Source: an uncultured Myxococcales bacterium (GTDB lineage Bacteria; Myxococcota_A; Bradymonadia; UBA7976; UBA1532). From it: a DNA stretch of 64,000 nt. The position numbers and the translations under genes are program-made. The notes under the pieces were generated by a model. It was not told where the DNA came from. It saw only the letters and a program-made list of their open reading frames with translations, and did not search any database. The DNA lies in contig CAINDO010000224.1 of assembly GCA_903847385.1 (NCBI GenBank), positions 3,941-67,940 of the forward strand, written 5' to 3'. Below are positions 62,758 through 64,000 of the stretch, in pieces (the stretch's first letter is position 1; each line of letters opens with the position of its first letter).

Positions 62758-64000
62758 ATGGCCACCGTGCGGCGTCTGGTCGCTTTCGCTCTCGCCTTGA
62801 TGGCGGTGGTCTCTTGCCGGCTCGGGCGCGCCGAAGCGGCAGGCCCCCCGGCGGTCACGCTCACCATGAGCGTCCGGTCCGACGCGCCGACCGGCGAGTT
62901 CACGCCCGGCGCGCCGTTGACCTACCTGATCCGCGTCGACAATCCAGGCGGGGCGCCCATCGGTCCGCTGACACTCGACGACGCTCTCCCGCCGGAGGTC
63001 GTCGCCGACGGTGTGGTGACGCCCGTGGGCAATGGGAGCGTCTCGCCGGACGGTGCGCGGGTCACCGTGACCGACCTGGTGATCGCGCCCGGCGGCAGCG
63101 TGAGCATCGGTGTTCTGGCCACCCTGCGCGGCGTCGACGCGCTCGTCGCGCTCGGGCACCCGTTCCCGACGCTCGACGGGTTGACCATCGCGCAGCAGGC
63201 GAGCATCAGCGACCCCAACGATGCGCTGGGCACCCCCAGGCTCTCCGACGACCCCGGGACGCCGGCGGTCGACGACCCCACGGCGTTCGACCTGAGCGCC
63301 CGTGTCGATCTCGCCGCGACGCGGAAGACCGTCGAGGACGTGAACGGCGGCGATCCCGCCCCCGGGGACACGCTGCGCTTCACGCTCACCCTCGAGAACC
63401 AGGGCACGGTCGACTCGCCCGTGCTCGTGGACGATCCCCCGCCCGCCGGCCTGCAGGGGTGTGCCCCGGTGCAGGTCCCGGCAGGGCTCGCCTGCGACGC
63501 CGCGGGCCTGCGAGGCGAGGTCGTCGTCCCCGCCGGCGGCATCGTCACCGTGACCTACACCATGGTGATCGACCCGGCCGCCGCGCACGCCCAGCAGTTG
63601 CGCAACGTCGCGAACGTGACGTCGAGCCTCGATCCGACCGCGACGCTGGACGCGGCCGCGCGCGTGCTCCGCGTCGTGTCGCTCCCCGTGTTGACGGCCA
63701 CCAAGACTGCGGTCGGGGCGGTCGGCGGTCGGGTGGAGACGGGCGAGGCGTTCACGTTCGAGATCCAGGTGCGCAACGGCGGAAACCGCGCGGCGACGGG
63801 CCTCGTCGTCACGGACACGTTCAACGTCCCCGCGACGGTTCGAGCCGTGCCGCTCGACGGCGGACAGGTCGTCGGCGGCCAGGTCCAGTGGACACAGGAC
63901 ACGCTCGCCGCCGGTGACACGGCCACGTTCCGACTCCAGGTGACGGTGGGGGCGGACACGATCGCGCCGACCTCGCTGCGCAACCAGGCGTTCGTGAGCG
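62758..64000 (+). CDS. DUF11 (conserved repeat domain) cell-surface protein, 5' partial; runs off the window end
   Basis: ATG at 62758. Signal peptide MATVRRLVAFALALMAVVSC. Repeated DUF11-type Ig-like units are present (PGAPLTYLIRVDNPGGAPIG, DTLRFTLTLENQGTV, EAFTFEIQVRNGGNRAATGLVVTD). No stop codon before 64000. Confidence 0.6.
   Translation, partial: MATVRRLVAFALALMAVVSCRLGRAEAAGPPAVTLTMSVRSDAPTGEFTPGAPLTYLIRVDNPGGAPIGPLTLDDALPPEVVADGVVTPVGNGSVSPDGARVTVTDLVIAPGGSVSIGVLATLRGVDALVALGHPFPTLDGLTIAQQASISDPNDALGTPRLSDDPGTPAVDDPTAFDLSARVDLAATRKTVEDVNGGDPAPGDTLRFTLTLENQGTVDSPVLVDDPPPAGLQGCAPVQVPAGLACDAAGLRGEVVVPAGGIVTVTYTMVIDPAAAHAQQLRNVANVTSSLDPTATLDAAARVLRVVSLPVLTATKTAVGAVGGRVETGEAFTFEIQVRNGGNRAATGLVVTDTFNVPATVRAVPLDGGQVVGGQVQWTQDTLAAGDTATFRLQVTVGADTIAPTSLRNQAFVS

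Overview
This 64 kb window has about 70% GC, a pronounced GC3 bias and many long antisense shadow ORFs, consistent with a myxobacterial or other deltaproteobacterial chromosome. It is densely coding. I see no rRNA or tRNA genes, no CRISPR array and no transposases or integrases. Gene content from left to right: (1) a translationally coupled purS(partial)-purQ-purL-purF operon that runs directly into a six-CxxCH c-type cytochrome gene. (2) A block of secreted or hypothetical genes: a signal-peptide protein, a PEGA-domain protein and a TPR-like/Pro-rich protein, followed by a small NPC-motif lipoprotein and a 1951-aa TPR giant. (3) A lipoprotein followed by a TRAP transporter dctPQM operon on the minus strand. 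(4) A phasin/PhaF-like gene and moaA. (5) A variant System I cytochrome c maturation operon, ccmE-ccmF-2 unknowns-ccmABCD, in which CcmE has CxxxY instead of HxxxY and no ccmH or ccmG is present. (6) A 998-aa HYR/Ig-repeat secreted protein and an Slt-family lytic transglycosylase. (7) A complete 12-gene type II secretion operon on the minus strand, gspC-D-E-F-lspA-G-H-I-J-K-L-M-N, with a lipoprotein signal peptidase gene embedded in it. An NtrC-type sigma-54 activator gene sits immediately upstream of it, plus a candidate sigma-54 promoter and a 15-bp inverted repeat. (8) A signalling and cell-surface neighbourhood: a STAND-like P-loop/TPR protein, an FHA-GAF-adenylate cyclase, a TPR lipoprotein, an EEP-family protein, a sensor histidine kinase, a PEGA membrane protein, a Kelch beta-propeller lipoprotein and a partial DUF11-repeat protein. 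The candidates I consider most worth following up are the lspA-containing, sigma-54-associated T2SS locus with its neighbouring giant HYR protein, the CxxxY-CcmE variant ccm operon with two inserted unknown genes, the NPC-lipoprotein/giant-TPR module, and a DctM permease with a tandem-repeat acidic C-terminal tail. All calls rest on reading the translated ORFs for motifs. No database searches were run.
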